Assembly: GCA_965207855.1 (NCBI GenBank) | Contig: OZ242310.1 | Location: 2,197,881 to 2,261,880, forward strand | Direction of reading: 5' to 3' | DNA length: 64,000 bases | DNA from: Candidatus Poribacteria bacterium | GTDB lineage: Bacteria > Poribacteria > WGA-4E > WGA-3G | Shown here: positions 19,598 to 29,436 of the stretch, in pieces | How the letters are laid out: every line of letters begins with the position of its first letter | Position numbering within the stretch: position 1 is the first letter of the stretch | The notes under the pieces: model-generated | The model's database searches: none | What the model was told of the DNA's origin: nothing | What the model saw: only the letters and a program-made list of their open reading frames with translations | Program-made: the position numbers and the translations under genes

Positions 19598-20824
19598 TTA
19601 ATCCGCGTCATCCGTGCAAATCCTCGATTCAGACAACCGCACCCGTCCCGTGAGAAGCTGCTGCATCATCCCCTGCTTGATGGCACGCGTTTTGTCGAGG
19701 CGCTGTTCCAACGCGGTGATCTCGGCATCCATATTGGAAAGGACGGCGGCGATGGCGTGTTGTTCATCGTAATCAGGAGCACATAGTTCAAGATTTTGGT
19801 ATTCGGATATGTAATACCGTTTGTGGTTACCTAATGGAAAATCAATCAACTGCATTCGATCAAATACATATTTGAGATTAATACGTTCATGTTTGGGATA
19901 CAAAAGTTTGATTGCCGAAGACTTAACTTTGAAAGGAAATGTTGCATATTTACTGTCTGTGGTAAAATCATCAAAAACAATAACAGGAAAATTATGACAG
20001 ATTCCAGAAACTTCGTCCGTATAGCCAAGAATAAAAGCCTTATTCGCTGTCAGCACCGGAATAGTGCCGTGTTCCATGTATTCATCAGATTGAACGATGT
20101 AAGGATCTGGTCGTCTGTAGGCGAGTAAATCACGTATTTTTATTTTTTTCCACACCTTGCTAAACCCAGGCAGACGCGTCCGACCCGTCAGCAGTTGCTG
20201 CATGGTTGCTTGCTTAATCGCCTGCTTCTTAGTTATCAGTGCCTCTAACGAGTTGAGCAACCCATCTACATCTGACAACGCCTCGGCGATGGCGCGTTGT
20301 TCTGGAATTGGGGGTACGGCAATCCATACAGTAGACAGTGTACGACCATTAGTCAGGGCACGTGTTGTGTATGTTGCATTTGATATGATTTGAGATCTGA
20401 CAACTCTATGTGCAAAACAGTACTGCTTGTAGTGATCGTCGAGTCGACCATCACGGGGCCTAGCACGAAGAACAAAGCCACTAAATACGGTATCCTGAGG
20501 TTCATAAAGCATAACAGATGCCACACCAATATCTTCAACTGTTTCCGAAGTGCGAGTAAAGAACACGTCGCCCCTTTGGACTTCGTAATTCCTGATTTCC
20601 TCTGGGGTTAGGTTTACCCGTCCTGACAGATTATCCGGTCTGAGACCTGGACGTTCAAAAACATCCATATAGTTGACAATAGGCGTTCCACTACCAAAGA
20701 ATTCTTTCGCCTTGTTTAGGCCGTTTTTGAATACAAAGAGGTCCCCAAGAGGTACTGCTTCCCAAGTATTAGGAAGAGGACCGAGATTCGTCTGTTTGTA
20801 GGTAGAGGTTTTACTCATTCCCAA
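19598..20824 (-). CDS. hsdS: Type I R-M specificity subunit S
   Basis: Two TRDs separated by the conserved helices 'PPIPEQRAIAEALSDVD…KQATMQQLLTG' and 'DEQHAIAAVLSNMD…KQGMMQQLLTG'. Confidence 0.95.
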   Translation of the reverse strand: MGMSKTSTYKQTNLGPLPNTWEAVPLGDLFVFKNGLNKAKEFFGSGTPIVNYMDVFERPGLRPDNLSGRVNLTPEEIRNYEVQRGDVFFTRTSETVEDIGVASVMLYEPQDTVFSGFVLRARPRDGRLDDHYKQYCFAHRVVRSQIISNATYTTRALTNGRTLSTVWIAVPPIPEQRAIAEALSDVDGLLNSLEALITKKQAIKQATMQQLLTGRTRLPGFSKVWKKIKIRDLLAYRRPDPYIVQSDEYMEHGTIPVLTANKAFILGYTDEVSGICHNFPVIVFDDFTTDSKYATFPFKVKSSAIKLLYPKHERINLKYVFDRMQLIDFPLGNHKRYYISEYQNLELCAPDYDEQHAIAAVLSNMDAEITALEQRLDKTRAIKQGMMQQLLTGRVRLSESRICTDDAD

Positions 20825-23277
20825 TCCGCTCCCATGCTTTTCAAATGTGCCTCAACTTTCAAGTTAAAGTCTTCTACCTCCTGCTCCAAAGTCGGCAATG
20901 GCTCCGCATAGCGTTCCTCCAATTCCTTCACGCGCTCCGTCAACGCCTGAATCACTCGCTGGACTTCACCCTCAATCGCTAATTGAATACTCGCAACCCA
21001 TTTATCTTCAACCACAAGCGTCTTAATCTCGGCTTCTGTAAGCGTCGCATATCGCGCCAATACCTGTTCATCAAGCGCGAGTTGGGCATCCTTCACAGCC
21101 TTCTCCGCTTTTGATTTCGCCTCAAGTAAGGATTGGCAATGTTCAAGCGCATCGCGTTCATCGTCGTTGTCTTGGGTTTCGTGGAACGTTGTCAAATCAG
21201 GTGTAAGTGCTTTGAGACGCGCCTTCACACTGCTGGCAGTGATGTTGCCTTTGTCGTTGAGGGCATCGGTGAGCAATCCATCCTCACCGGTGTGTTCCTC
21301 AATGTATGCCTCTAATTCACTCACAGCAGTCGCTTGCTTTCCCTCCAACATCTCAATAGCGTCTTGCTCAGCGGCGAAATAGCGTGCAACAATCAACGCC
21401 GGTGGAATCAGATCCATTTTGTACTTATTTTTCTTGATGACAAGGTCGGGTACTTCCTTAACCGATTTGCCCTGAACGATGTGGCGCGGTTTCGCCGCTT
21501 CTACCCATCCGTCTGTTGCAATGAGATAGACATCATCCTGCATCACCTCGTCCCAATAATCCATCAATTTCTGATACACATCATACCGCTCAAGCAACGG
21601 TAGGCACCCAAACCGCTCCAGTAAGTCTTCCGACAGTGTATGAATGATTTTCCGTGGTAACGCGCCAACCTCAATATCCGAAAGGGAAGCTGCGTGGGCC
21701 TCACGCCATACCTGAAAAATAGCATCAACCTGCTGCTGGTAAGCGGTAAATTCGGCATGCGTCAGAATCGTTGCTTTTACGTGCTGCGTTTCCACCCTCG
21801 GATCGCTATATCCCGGTCTACCGTTGCTTTTAAACAGCGTATCGCGGAGCGTGGGAAAGACCGTCCAATAGTTGCCAAGCGCGTTAATATCCGTGTCGGG
21901 GATGCCGCCGTTGAGATGTGCGCTGAGGTCGTGTAAGTCTTCGGGTTCACTGGTATCAATATAGCGTGGGATGTTGAGGTTATAGGCGTTGGTGGGGTCG
22001 GCAATTTCGGATATTGGCACCATACGGGAATAGCGCGGTAATTCTGTCTGCTTATTAAAGACCGAGACGATTTTATGAATATCTTGGGCGCGGAGCCGGT
22101 TTTTGTTGCCGTCCTTGAGGAATCCCTTGCTCGCATCTATCATGAAAATGCCCTTACGGACGCGGGCGTTCTCTTTATCAATCACGAGAATACAGGCAGG
22201 GATACCCGTGCCGTAGAACAGATTGGCAGGCAAGCCGATGATGCCTTTGATGAAACCGTGTCGAATGAGATTTCTACGAATATCTTCCTCTCTGTTACCA
22301 CGAAATAGGACACCGTGCGGTAAGATAATCGCTCCCTTGCCTCTGCTTTTCAGAGACGCAATGAAATGTAATAGAAAAGCATAATCCCCGTTTTTAGCAG
22401 GAGGGATCCCGTATCCATCAAAACGTCCGTACAGATCGTTTTCTGGATCAAGACCGTTCGTCCACGCCTTATCAGAGAAGGGCGGATTGGCAACGGCGAA
22501 GTCGAAGGTTTTGAGTTGGGTGTCGGTATCCTTGAAGTATGGATCCGTCAAGGTATTGCCACGCCAGAGTTCTGCGGTCTCATTGCCGTGGAGAATCATG
22601 TTCATCCGCGCCAATGCATAAGTGGCGTTATCCTTTTCTTGTCCATTGACGGTGATACCATTAGGTGCTTCGTCGGCAGCCCTGAGCAGGAGAGAACCGG
22701 AGCCGCAGGTCGGGTCGTAGATAGTTTGGTGTTGCTGTGTATTGGGACCGATGCCAATCACCTGCGCCATAATACGTGAGACTTCAGCAGGCGTATAGAA
22801 CTGTCCCTTGCTTTTGCCGGATTCGGTGGCGAAGTGCTGCATGAGATATTCATAAGCATCGCCTAATAGGTCATCGCCTTCCGCTCGGTTCGTGCTTAAG
22901 TCGAGGTTGTTAAAAATAGCAACGAGCTTGGAGAGGCGGTCTTGCATCTCCCGACCCCTACCGAGTTTACTGTCATCATTGAAATCGGCTTGATCAATGA
23001 CACCTTTGAGGTCGTTCGCCTCAGCGAGACTCCCGATAATTTTGTTGATTTTGTCGCCGATCTCCTTGTCGCCGATCAATTTCACCATATCGCCGAAGCT
23101 GCCGCCTTCTGGTACTTCGATTAGCGAGTAAGGATCGTTGGCGGCTTTATCGGAGACGTATTTCATGAAGAGCAGCGTCAGGATGTAGTCTTTATATTGT
23201 GAGGCGTCCATCCCGCCGCGGAGTTCGTCGCAGCTTTGCCAAAGCGAAGCGTAGAGTTGCGACTTCTTTACTGCCAT
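20815..23277 (-). CDS. hsdM: Type I R-M N6-adenine methyltransferase subunit M (long form)
   Basis: 'LWQSCDELRGGMDASQYKDY', 'GQFYTP', 'YDPTCGSGSLL', 'ANPPFS', 'LPHGVLFRG'. Confidence 0.96.
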   Translation of the reverse strand: MAVKKSQLYASLWQSCDELRGGMDASQYKDYILTLLFMKYVSDKAANDPYSLIEVPEGGSFGDMVKLIGDKEIGDKINKIIGSLAEANDLKGVIDQADFNDDSKLGRGREMQDRLSKLVAIFNNLDLSTNRAEGDDLLGDAYEYLMQHFATESGKSKGQFYTPAEVSRIMAQVIGIGPNTQQHQTIYDPTCGSGSLLLRAADEAPNGITVNGQEKDNATYALARMNMILHGNETAELWRGNTLTDPYFKDTDTQLKTFDFAVANPPFSDKAWTNGLDPENDLYGRFDGYGIPPAKNGDYAFLLHFIASLKSRGKGAIILPHGVLFRGNREEDIRRNLIRHGFIKGIIGLPANLFYGTGIPACILVIDKENARVRKGIFMIDASKGFLKDGNKNRLRAQDIHKIVSVFNKQTELPRYSRMVPISEIADPTNAYNLNIPRYIDTSEPEDLHDLSAHLNGGIPDTDINALGNYWTVFPTLRDTLFKSNGRPGYSDPRVETQHVKATILTHAEFTAYQQQVDAIFQVWREAHAASLSDIEVGALPRKIIHTLSEDLLERFGCLPLLERYDVYQKLMDYWDEVMQDDVYLIATDGWVEAAKPRHIVQGKSVKEVPDLVIKKNKYKMDLIPPALIVARYFAAEQDAIEMLEGKQATAVSELEAYIEEHTGEDGLLTDALNDKGNITASSVKARLKALTPDLTTFHETQDNDDERDALEHCQSLLEAKSKAEKAVKDAQLALDEQVLARYATLTEAEIKTLVVEDKWVASIQLAIEGEVQRVIQALTERVKELEERYAEPLPTLEQEVEDFNLKVEAHLKSMGADWE

Positions 23278-23280
23278 AAC

Positions 23281-24336
23281 CTACCAATCCTCATCGAAGA
23301 ATGGCGTACTCGGGTAGCTATAGACGTTGCCTTCGTAGTTTTGGAGTTGGATTTCATCGTCATCGAAAGTGACGACAGGGTCTGGCATGAGTGCTATTTT
23401 ACCGCCGCCACCGGGAGCGTCAATCACATAATGCGGGACACCGAGTCCCGAAATATGGCCACGCAACGCCGAAACAATCTCTAACCCCGTTTTGACCGCC
23501 GTCCGGAAATGATCTGTTCCAACGACAAGATCGGCTTGATAGATATAGTAAGGCTTGACGCGGATACGCAACAGCCCTTTCATGAGTTCCACCATCACGG
23601 CGGGATCGTCGTTCACCCCTTTAAGAAGGACTGCCTGATTACCGAGCGGTATACCGGCATCGGCTAACATACCACACGCCTTTTCGGTCTCAGGTGTAAT
23701 TTCGCGTGGGTGGTTAAAGTGTGTGTTGATGTAAAACGGATGATTCTGCTTCAAAATTGCACACAATTCAGGTGTAATCCGCTGAGGTAAGGTCACTGGA
23801 ACGCGGGAACCGATCCGAATAATTTCCAAGTGTTCAATTGCCCGCAAGCCGCTGACAATATAATCAATTTTCTTATCCGTCAGCATGAGTGGGTCACCGC
23901 CGGAGATGATGACATCACGAATCTCTGGGTGTGCCTGAATATAAGCAAGGCCTCTTTCAACGTTATCTTCAGAGATTGAGTACGGGTCGCCGACTTTCCG
24001 TTTACGGGTACAGAAGCGGCAGTAAATCGGACACATGTAGTTGACATAAAAAAGTGCCCGGTCAGGGTAGCGATGTGTGACGTTCGGAACTTCGCTGTCG
24101 TCTTCTTCGTGGAGCGGATCCTCTACGCCTGTGCTGATCAGTTCCTTTGGGTCAGGGACAACCTGTTTCCAGATAGGGTCGCCCGGCTCTTCTATGAGAC
24201 TGAGATAGTACGGATTAATACGGATCGGAAATTCTTTGTGAATCCGCTGCATCTCCTCTATGTCAACATCGAAGACGGCGGCGAGTTTTTCGGGAGTGTT
24301 AACCGTATCTCTTACGAGACGTTTCCATTCTTCCAT
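23281..24336 (-). CDS. KamA/EpmB-family radical SAM aminomutase
   Basis: 'HRYPDR', CxxxCxxC (CPIYCRFCTRKR), 'SGGDPL', 'HFNHPRE', 'DAPGGGGKI' PLP lysine. Confidence 0.92.
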   Translation of the reverse strand: MEEWKRLVRDTVNTPEKLAAVFDVDIEEMQRIHKEFPIRINPYYLSLIEEPGDPIWKQVVPDPKELISTGVEDPLHEEDDSEVPNVTHRYPDRALFYVNYMCPIYCRFCTRKRKVGDPYSISEDNVERGLAYIQAHPEIRDVIISGGDPLMLTDKKIDYIVSGLRAIEHLEIIRIGSRVPVTLPQRITPELCAILKQNHPFYINTHFNHPREITPETEKACGMLADAGIPLGNQAVLLKGVNDDPAVMVELMKGLLRIRVKPYYIYQADLVVGTDHFRTAVKTGLEIVSALRGHISGLGVPHYVIDAPGGGGKIALMPDPVVTFDDDEIQLQNYEGNVYSYPSTPFFDEDW

Positions 24337-24398
24337 TTTTATTGATGTCCGTCCTTTCTAAATTTGGGTTGACTGATTGCTGATGGATGACACCTATG

Positions 24399-24962
24399 CT
24401 ATTCTGCTTGATAGTTCTCAATTGACACGCGCGCCATAACATCCCCTTCACGGAGTGCGTCTACGACATCTATGCCTTCGGTAACCTTTCCAAATGTAGT
24501 GTAACTGCCGTTGAGGTGCGCGTAGCGGGTCGGGTCTGAACTCAGACAGATATAGAATTGACTTCCGGCTGAATCGGGATTCTGTGTCCGTGCCATCGCG
24601 ACGACCCCTTTTTCATGGATCGGCATCTGCTCGCGAAGATCGGGGTCTTGGAATTCACCAGGGATTGTCCATCCGGGGCCGCCTCTGCCTGTTCCTTGCG
24701 GGTCGCCGCCTTGTATGACAAAATCGGCAACAAACCGGTGAAAAACCACGCCGTTGTAGAAACCGGATTCGATGAGCTTCGCAAAATTTGCTACCGTGGC
24801 GGGAGCGGCTTCCGGGTAAAGTTCAATAATAATGTTGCCTTTTTCGGTTTCAATCGTTACATAGGGTAATTGCTCGCCGTTACATGAGATGACTGTTGCT
24901 AAGAACGCACTGAATAAGCTAAATCGCATAATCTGAGTGTGAAAATTTGGGGATTTCCACAA
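24399..24962 (-). CDS. Cyclophilin-type peptidyl-prolyl isomerase (probable lipoprotein)
   Basis: 'FHR…FVIQGGDP.GTGRGGPG', 'AMAR…SAGSQFYI', 'YTTFGKV'; VISC lipobox-like; start may be 24929. Confidence 0.93.
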   Translation of the reverse strand: MWKSPNFHTQIMRFSLFSAFLATVISCNGEQLPYVTIETEKGNIIIELYPEAAPATVANFAKLIESGFYNGVVFHRFVADFVIQGGDPQGTGRGGPGWTIPGEFQDPDLREQMPIHEKGVVAMARTQNPDSAGSQFYICLSSDPTRYAHLNGSYTTFGKVTEGIDVVDALREGDVMARVSIENYQAE

Positions 24963-25239
24963 AATCCTTTTCTTTTTTTTATTACGCTAATTGACACTCT
25001 TCGAGAGGCGGTCAGCGTAAATCTTATTTGGGTTTTATAAAAAATCTTCGACGGTCTCCACGGATGAGAACGTCGGGGTTACTCTCGGAGAAAATAAAAG
25101 ATTCGTATACATTATATATCCATTTGCACGCTGTGTCAAACAAAATTTTGAAACGCTTGGGAAAGAGGAGATCGGCTTGCCCTTTGTGCGTTGGACATGG
25201 TATTCTATATAATACAGGTGGTGATTGCAAGTGCGGAGC

Positions 25240-26331
25240 ATGTTGATAGAAAATCAAAAGACGCGTGAACTCGTCGCGACTTTGAAATTACTGTCGCCCG
25301 GAACATTTCTGAGAGAAGGCATTGATTATATCATCCAAGGCGAAATGGGTGGACTTATTGTTGTTGGCGATACGCCAGAAATCTTAGATTTAACAGAGGG
25401 CGGTTTCCGAATTAATTGCCAATACACACCGACGCGCCTGTTTGAATTGTCAAAGATGGATGGTGCCATTATTCTCTCTGAAGATACACAAAGGATAGTG
25501 CGTGCCAATGTGACGCTAAGAATCAATCCCTCTATCGCTTCTCCCGAAACAGGGCTCCGTCACCGTTCAGCCGATAAGTTTGCGAAGCAGACGGATCACA
25601 TCGTCTTGGCTGTGTCGCAGGCAAGGAGCACGCTTACCTTATATCTCAAGGATCAACGCTATATTTTTCGAGAGCGTCCGATACTGCTGTCGGGTGCGAA
25701 CCAGACGATGCTGGCACTCACACAGTACGTCAAAGCGATGCAGGATGCCGTCGCTGTTCTGAATTGGGCGGAATTAAGCGGAAGTGTTACATTAGCAAAT
25801 GTCGTCACGGCGATTCAATTGTCTGAACGCGTCCGGCGCGCCGATCAGGAACTCAATCGCTACAGAATTGAGTTAGGCACTGAAGCAGAGTCGTTGCAAT
25901 ACACGCCGGAACTCACATCTGAAATTGAGAGAGGACTTCTGATTATAAAAGACTATTATCACGAGACCCTACGTGACGGATCTCAAGCCTTCGAGAAAAT
26001 TCTAAGATTTGATGCGAATAGTCTCGCCAGTCGAAGCAATATCAGTGAGGCTTTAGGCTATCCGCGCGACATTCATAGCACGTTCGATGTGCTCGAACCC
26101 CGCGGCTATCGTATGCTGAGCCAAGTGCCTCGAATTCCCTTCGGTATTATTGAAAACATCGTTCGCCAGTTCAAGACTTTGAATAACATTTACACCGCCG
26201 CTATTGATGAACTCCAAGCGGTTGACGGTGTTGGTGAAACGAGGGCATCGGCTATTAAGGATGCACTCGCGCAGATGAAAACCACGACTGTCCAACCGCA
26301 TGCCCTTGCGGCACCTACGTTTGAATGGTAA
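25240..26331 (+). CDS. disA: DNA integrity scanning diadenylate cyclase DisA
   Basis: 'SPGTFLREG', DAC motifs 'KMDGAIIL' and 'ETGLRHRSA', 'PRGYRML', C-terminal HhH 'VDGVGETRA'. Confidence 0.92.
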   Translation: MLIENQKTRELVATLKLLSPGTFLREGIDYIIQGEMGGLIVVGDTPEILDLTEGGFRINCQYTPTRLFELSKMDGAIILSEDTQRIVRANVTLRINPSIASPETGLRHRSADKFAKQTDHIVLAVSQARSTLTLYLKDQRYIFRERPILLSGANQTMLALTQYVKAMQDAVAVLNWAELSGSVTLANVVTAIQLSERVRRADQELNRYRIELGTEAESLQYTPELTSEIERGLLIIKDYYHETLRDGSQAFEKILRFDANSLASRSNISEALGYPRDIHSTFDVLEPRGYRMLSQVPRIPFGIIENIVRQFKTLNNIYTAAIDELQAVDGVGETRASAIKDALAQMKTTTVQPHALAAPTFEW

Positions 26332-26403
26332 AGAGAGTTAATCTCAAAAGATGCGTTTGTCAAAACGATGCTCTGTGGACAAAAACTAACAATTAAACCC
26401 ATT

Positions 26404-26538
26404 TAGGGCTTACGCACTCCCCTGGTAGGGTTTTTGCTTGGGTGTTTCTTCACGGTTTCCAACCGCACCGAACCCTGATAGAAAGTGCCTTCACCATATC
26501 AAAATAGGCGTTCTGAACCCAATTTTGCGTAAGTCCTA
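26404..26538. repeat. MITE-like element with 13-bp terminal inverted repeats enclosing a modified REP
   Basis: TAGGGCTTACGCA … TGCGTAAGTCCTA; internal CTGGTAGG…CGGTTTCCAACCGCACCG. Confidence 0.75.
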
Positions 26539-26572
26539 CTATTGAATAAAAACATTTAAAAGGAGTCCCAAA

Positions 26573-27901
26573 ATGAAACAATTCATCGCTTTATCACCGA
26601 GGGGGAACTCGGTATTGCGCAGAAATTTGCTCATCGGCTTGCTCCTCATTTCGTTCGGTTTAGCAGGATGTGGTGGAAAACTTGGAGAAATTGAACCCGC
26701 AGCAGTCGATACAGCAATAGCGGACGCAGCGGCAGCCATTGCTGCAGCACGGGAGGTTGACGCACCATCACTTGCAGCCGATGCCTTTGCAGTCGCTGTG
26801 TCTAATCTTGAAGCCGCGAAAACAGCACTCGCCGAGAAAAAGGGCGACGAAGCACTCCGGCTCGCATACCAAGCGATTAGTGACGCCAGAATCGCACAGC
26901 GGGACGCGCTTAACATTGCCAAAAGTGCTGAACTCAATGCAGCTTTACTTCAAAAAACGACAGGCGCAGACGAACTCCGACAGACACTCAGTGCCAAAGA
27001 ACAAGAACTCGCTGAAGTCCGAACAGAGGTCCGAGATCTGCAGCGCGAGCAGGACAAGCGAAGCCAGACACTTAGTGAACTTCAAAAAAAGAATCGTGAA
27101 TTAACAAATAAACGGGCAACCTATAGCGCACAAGTCGCCGAACTCTCCAAAACGTTAGACGATATTCAGAAACGCGCCACACGCGCAGAGGCTGAACTCC
27201 GTAACTACGGCAGAGATGTCTCGAATCTTCGTCGGAAACTCGAAGTCGCTGAAAGGATGGCTAAAGAGGAAGGGCATCAGAAGCGAGCCGTTGTCGCTGA
27301 GATAAATTCACTGAGAAGACAACTCCGCGAGCAGGCTGCGATCTATACGGAGAAACTCGCAGCGGCAAGCCGGGTGCAGACTGACAAACAGCACGAAGAC
27401 TATCTGAAACAGAAAGCACAAGAGGCGCGCGCCTACGTTGATAGCCAACCTGACCTTCATCCGCCCAAAACAGGACGGACATCTCTCTCCACAGCACAGA
27501 TTGCCGCCGGTAAGGCTGCACTTGGCAATTGGGAAAATACTTGGTATAGCAAAAACTTGGATGCGCATCTATCCTACTATACACCGGGTCTTGTCACCGA
27601 CAAAGTGGTCATTCATGAGAGTAAGGAACATCGAAACAAAATCGATGTGCAGCAACTCCAATCTGACCTGCGTGAGATGAACACCTATGCGTGGAGCAAA
27701 GTTAAAATGGACACCCAAGTTGAAGGCGAGAGCGTTATCGGTATAAATCGACTGACCCGATTGGTCACGCCCGCAGCAGACGAGAACGCTACTGCACTCT
27801 ACAATATATGGATTCGCGAAGTCTGGATGCATGAGATCGGGAACGCTTGGAAAATCCATCACGAAGTCTGGCAAATCTATGAGAACGTGCCAAACTTCTA
27901 A
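26573..27901 (+). CDS. Lipoprotein: DUF4398-like helix, coiled coil, C-terminal NTF2-like domain
   Basis: Lipobox LAGC; 'AIAAAREVDAPSLA…EALRLAYQA..DARIA'; heptad region; 'WENTWYSKNLDAHLSYY…WKIHHE'. Confidence 0.7.
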   Translation: MKQFIALSPRGNSVLRRNLLIGLLLISFGLAGCGGKLGEIEPAAVDTAIADAAAAIAAAREVDAPSLAADAFAVAVSNLEAAKTALAEKKGDEALRLAYQAISDARIAQRDALNIAKSAELNAALLQKTTGADELRQTLSAKEQELAEVRTEVRDLQREQDKRSQTLSELQKKNRELTNKRATYSAQVAELSKTLDDIQKRATRAEAELRNYGRDVSNLRRKLEVAERMAKEEGHQKRAVVAEINSLRRQLREQAAIYTEKLAAASRVQTDKQHEDYLKQKAQEARAYVDSQPDLHPPKTGRTSLSTAQIAAGKAALGNWENTWYSKNLDAHLSYYTPGLVTDKVVIHESKEHRNKIDVQQLQSDLREMNTYAWSKVKMDTQVEGESVIGINRLTRLVTPAADENATALYNIWIREVWMHEIGNAWKIHHEVWQIYENVPNF

Positions 27902-27934
27902 GCACGTCTCCCAATTAAACACGGAGGGTCAATT

Positions 27935-29341
27935 GTGAAAGACGTACAGAACCCGCAAAACCAATCGAAGAAATCTAAGATACCGCGGAGCCTAATATGG
28001 GGTGCAAGTATTGGTGTCATTGTTATCGCTTTCGTTGTGCTCTTAGTGGTATTGATGAGTTCCAGTGAAACCCCGACTGCCTTTTTGGCAAAATGGAAGA
28101 ACGCACTTGAGTCCGGTAGTGTTAAAAAGTATGATGCGCTCTGGGTGAAGAATTCACGCCAACGTCCTGATACCGGCTATCAGGAGACAGTCGGGCTTCT
28201 CAGGGGCGGCACGCGGCTGGAGGTGAACCTTGGCGGTGCCACACAAACGTTCCGGGTGCCGCGATATCCCAACCGCTATCGAATTGAGGGGATTCCCGTG
28301 ACGGCGCACCTTTCGGGAGAATCCCAGCAGCAGCTGCGAAATCTTGTTATCGAAAAACAGGGACTTGTTCAACAGCGTTGGAAAATTATTCAAGACGAGA
28401 TCGTTGGAAGCGACTTCGTTGCGACGCTACCAGACGCTGATACCGCGCAGCAGGAGGTCGCACAGCCTAAAAGCCCGGTCTTACCAGTCGTCCTGAGTTG
28501 GAAAAGTGCTTTGGAATCCCAAGATGTGAAGGTGTATACCGATCTGTGGGACAAGTCTGCCCGCAAGACCCGGGCATCGAGTTTCCGACGTGCCACTGAA
28601 CTTCTGTCCCAGACCCATGTTGTGAATCTCGCAGAAGCGACCTATACGCCTGTACCGCGTCAGAAAAACCGGCATGTCGTTGATAACATCAGCGTAACTT
28701 TACAGAGCGGTGAGAGTATCATTGAGACGCATGCCCGCACACTGACTATTCAGAAAAAAGGGTTTTTCAGACGCAAATGGAAAATCATTAACGATCAGAT
28801 CGGTCAGATGTCTGACGCTATCGCGCTCGCGCCAAATGTGCCGTCATCCGGTGCGGATACTGTCTCCGGTGAAGCATCTGGGAACCCCTTTGATGGGAAC
28901 GCACCTATTGATACGCAGCTCAAGGTGCGGCAGGTTTTGGGGAAGTGGCAAAAGGCTTGGGAAGAGAAAGACCTTAACACCTACATGGCCATCTATTCAG
29001 AGAAGTCCCGGATCACGCGTGTCACTGTCCGCGGTGGAAAAGAGACCTCCGTCCACCTCTCAAAGGGGCAGCTCCGAGAAAAGATGAAGCGGCTGAATAG
29101 CATATATGCTGAAATCCAGGTCTCTATCTCTAACTTGCAAGTTAACGGAGACCGCGCAGTAGCGGATGTCCAGTTCTTGCAAAAGTTCACAGGCACCCGC
29201 GCAAGTGGCAGTCGACCGGCTTACTCCGATTACGGCACGAAAAAATTGAATCTCATGGTAGATCCCACTGATGGACACTGGCGAATCTACTCAGAGACAT
29301 GGAGCCGATACGAGGATGTCCCAGATTTTCCGAAGATGTAG
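27935..29341 (+). CDS. Membrane-anchored protein with three NTF2-like (Csd6/Cds6 C-terminal-like) repeats
   Basis: One TM helix; repeats 'WKNALES…YDALW', 'WKSALES…YTDLW', 'WQKAWEEKDLNTYMAIYS…FLQKF…YSDYGTKKL…WRIYSE'. Confidence 0.65.
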   Translation: MKDVQNPQNQSKKSKIPRSLIWGASIGVIVIAFVVLLVVLMSSSETPTAFLAKWKNALESGSVKKYDALWVKNSRQRPDTGYQETVGLLRGGTRLEVNLGGATQTFRVPRYPNRYRIEGIPVTAHLSGESQQQLRNLVIEKQGLVQQRWKIIQDEIVGSDFVATLPDADTAQQEVAQPKSPVLPVVLSWKSALESQDVKVYTDLWDKSARKTRASSFRRATELLSQTHVVNLAEATYTPVPRQKNRHVVDNISVTLQSGESIIETHARTLTIQKKGFFRRKWKIINDQIGQMSDAIALAPNVPSSGADTVSGEASGNPFDGNAPIDTQLKVRQVLGKWQKAWEEKDLNTYMAIYSEKSRITRVTVRGGKETSVHLSKGQLREKMKRLNSIYAEIQVSISNLQVNGDRAVADVQFLQKFTGTRASGSRPAYSDYGTKKLNLMVDPTDGHWRIYSETWSRYEDVPDFPKM

Positions 29342-29358
29342 GGGAATAGCCGTAAGCA

Positions 29359-29430
29359 GTCAGTTAAGAGGTGTCTGGTTTATCCCAAGTCCTCTTTAAC
29401 TGACTACTGACAACTGGCAACTGACAACCT
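29359..29430. repeat. Hairpin plus CTGACAA-like heptamer repeats (possible terminator)
   Basis: CAGTCAGTTAAGAGG…CCTCTTTAACTGACTACTG followed by ctgacaa/ctggcaa/ctgacaa. Confidence 0.5.
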
Positions 29431-29436
29431 AAAAAA

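Noticed and set aside
18068-19786. Short ORFs with repeated 'RRDMSIE' peptides
   Set aside because: Translations of the repeat units, not credible genes.
17710-20824. Phase-variable hsdS shufflon
   Set aside because: The remnant is in direct orientation, lacks a recognisable TRD, and no recombinase is nearby.
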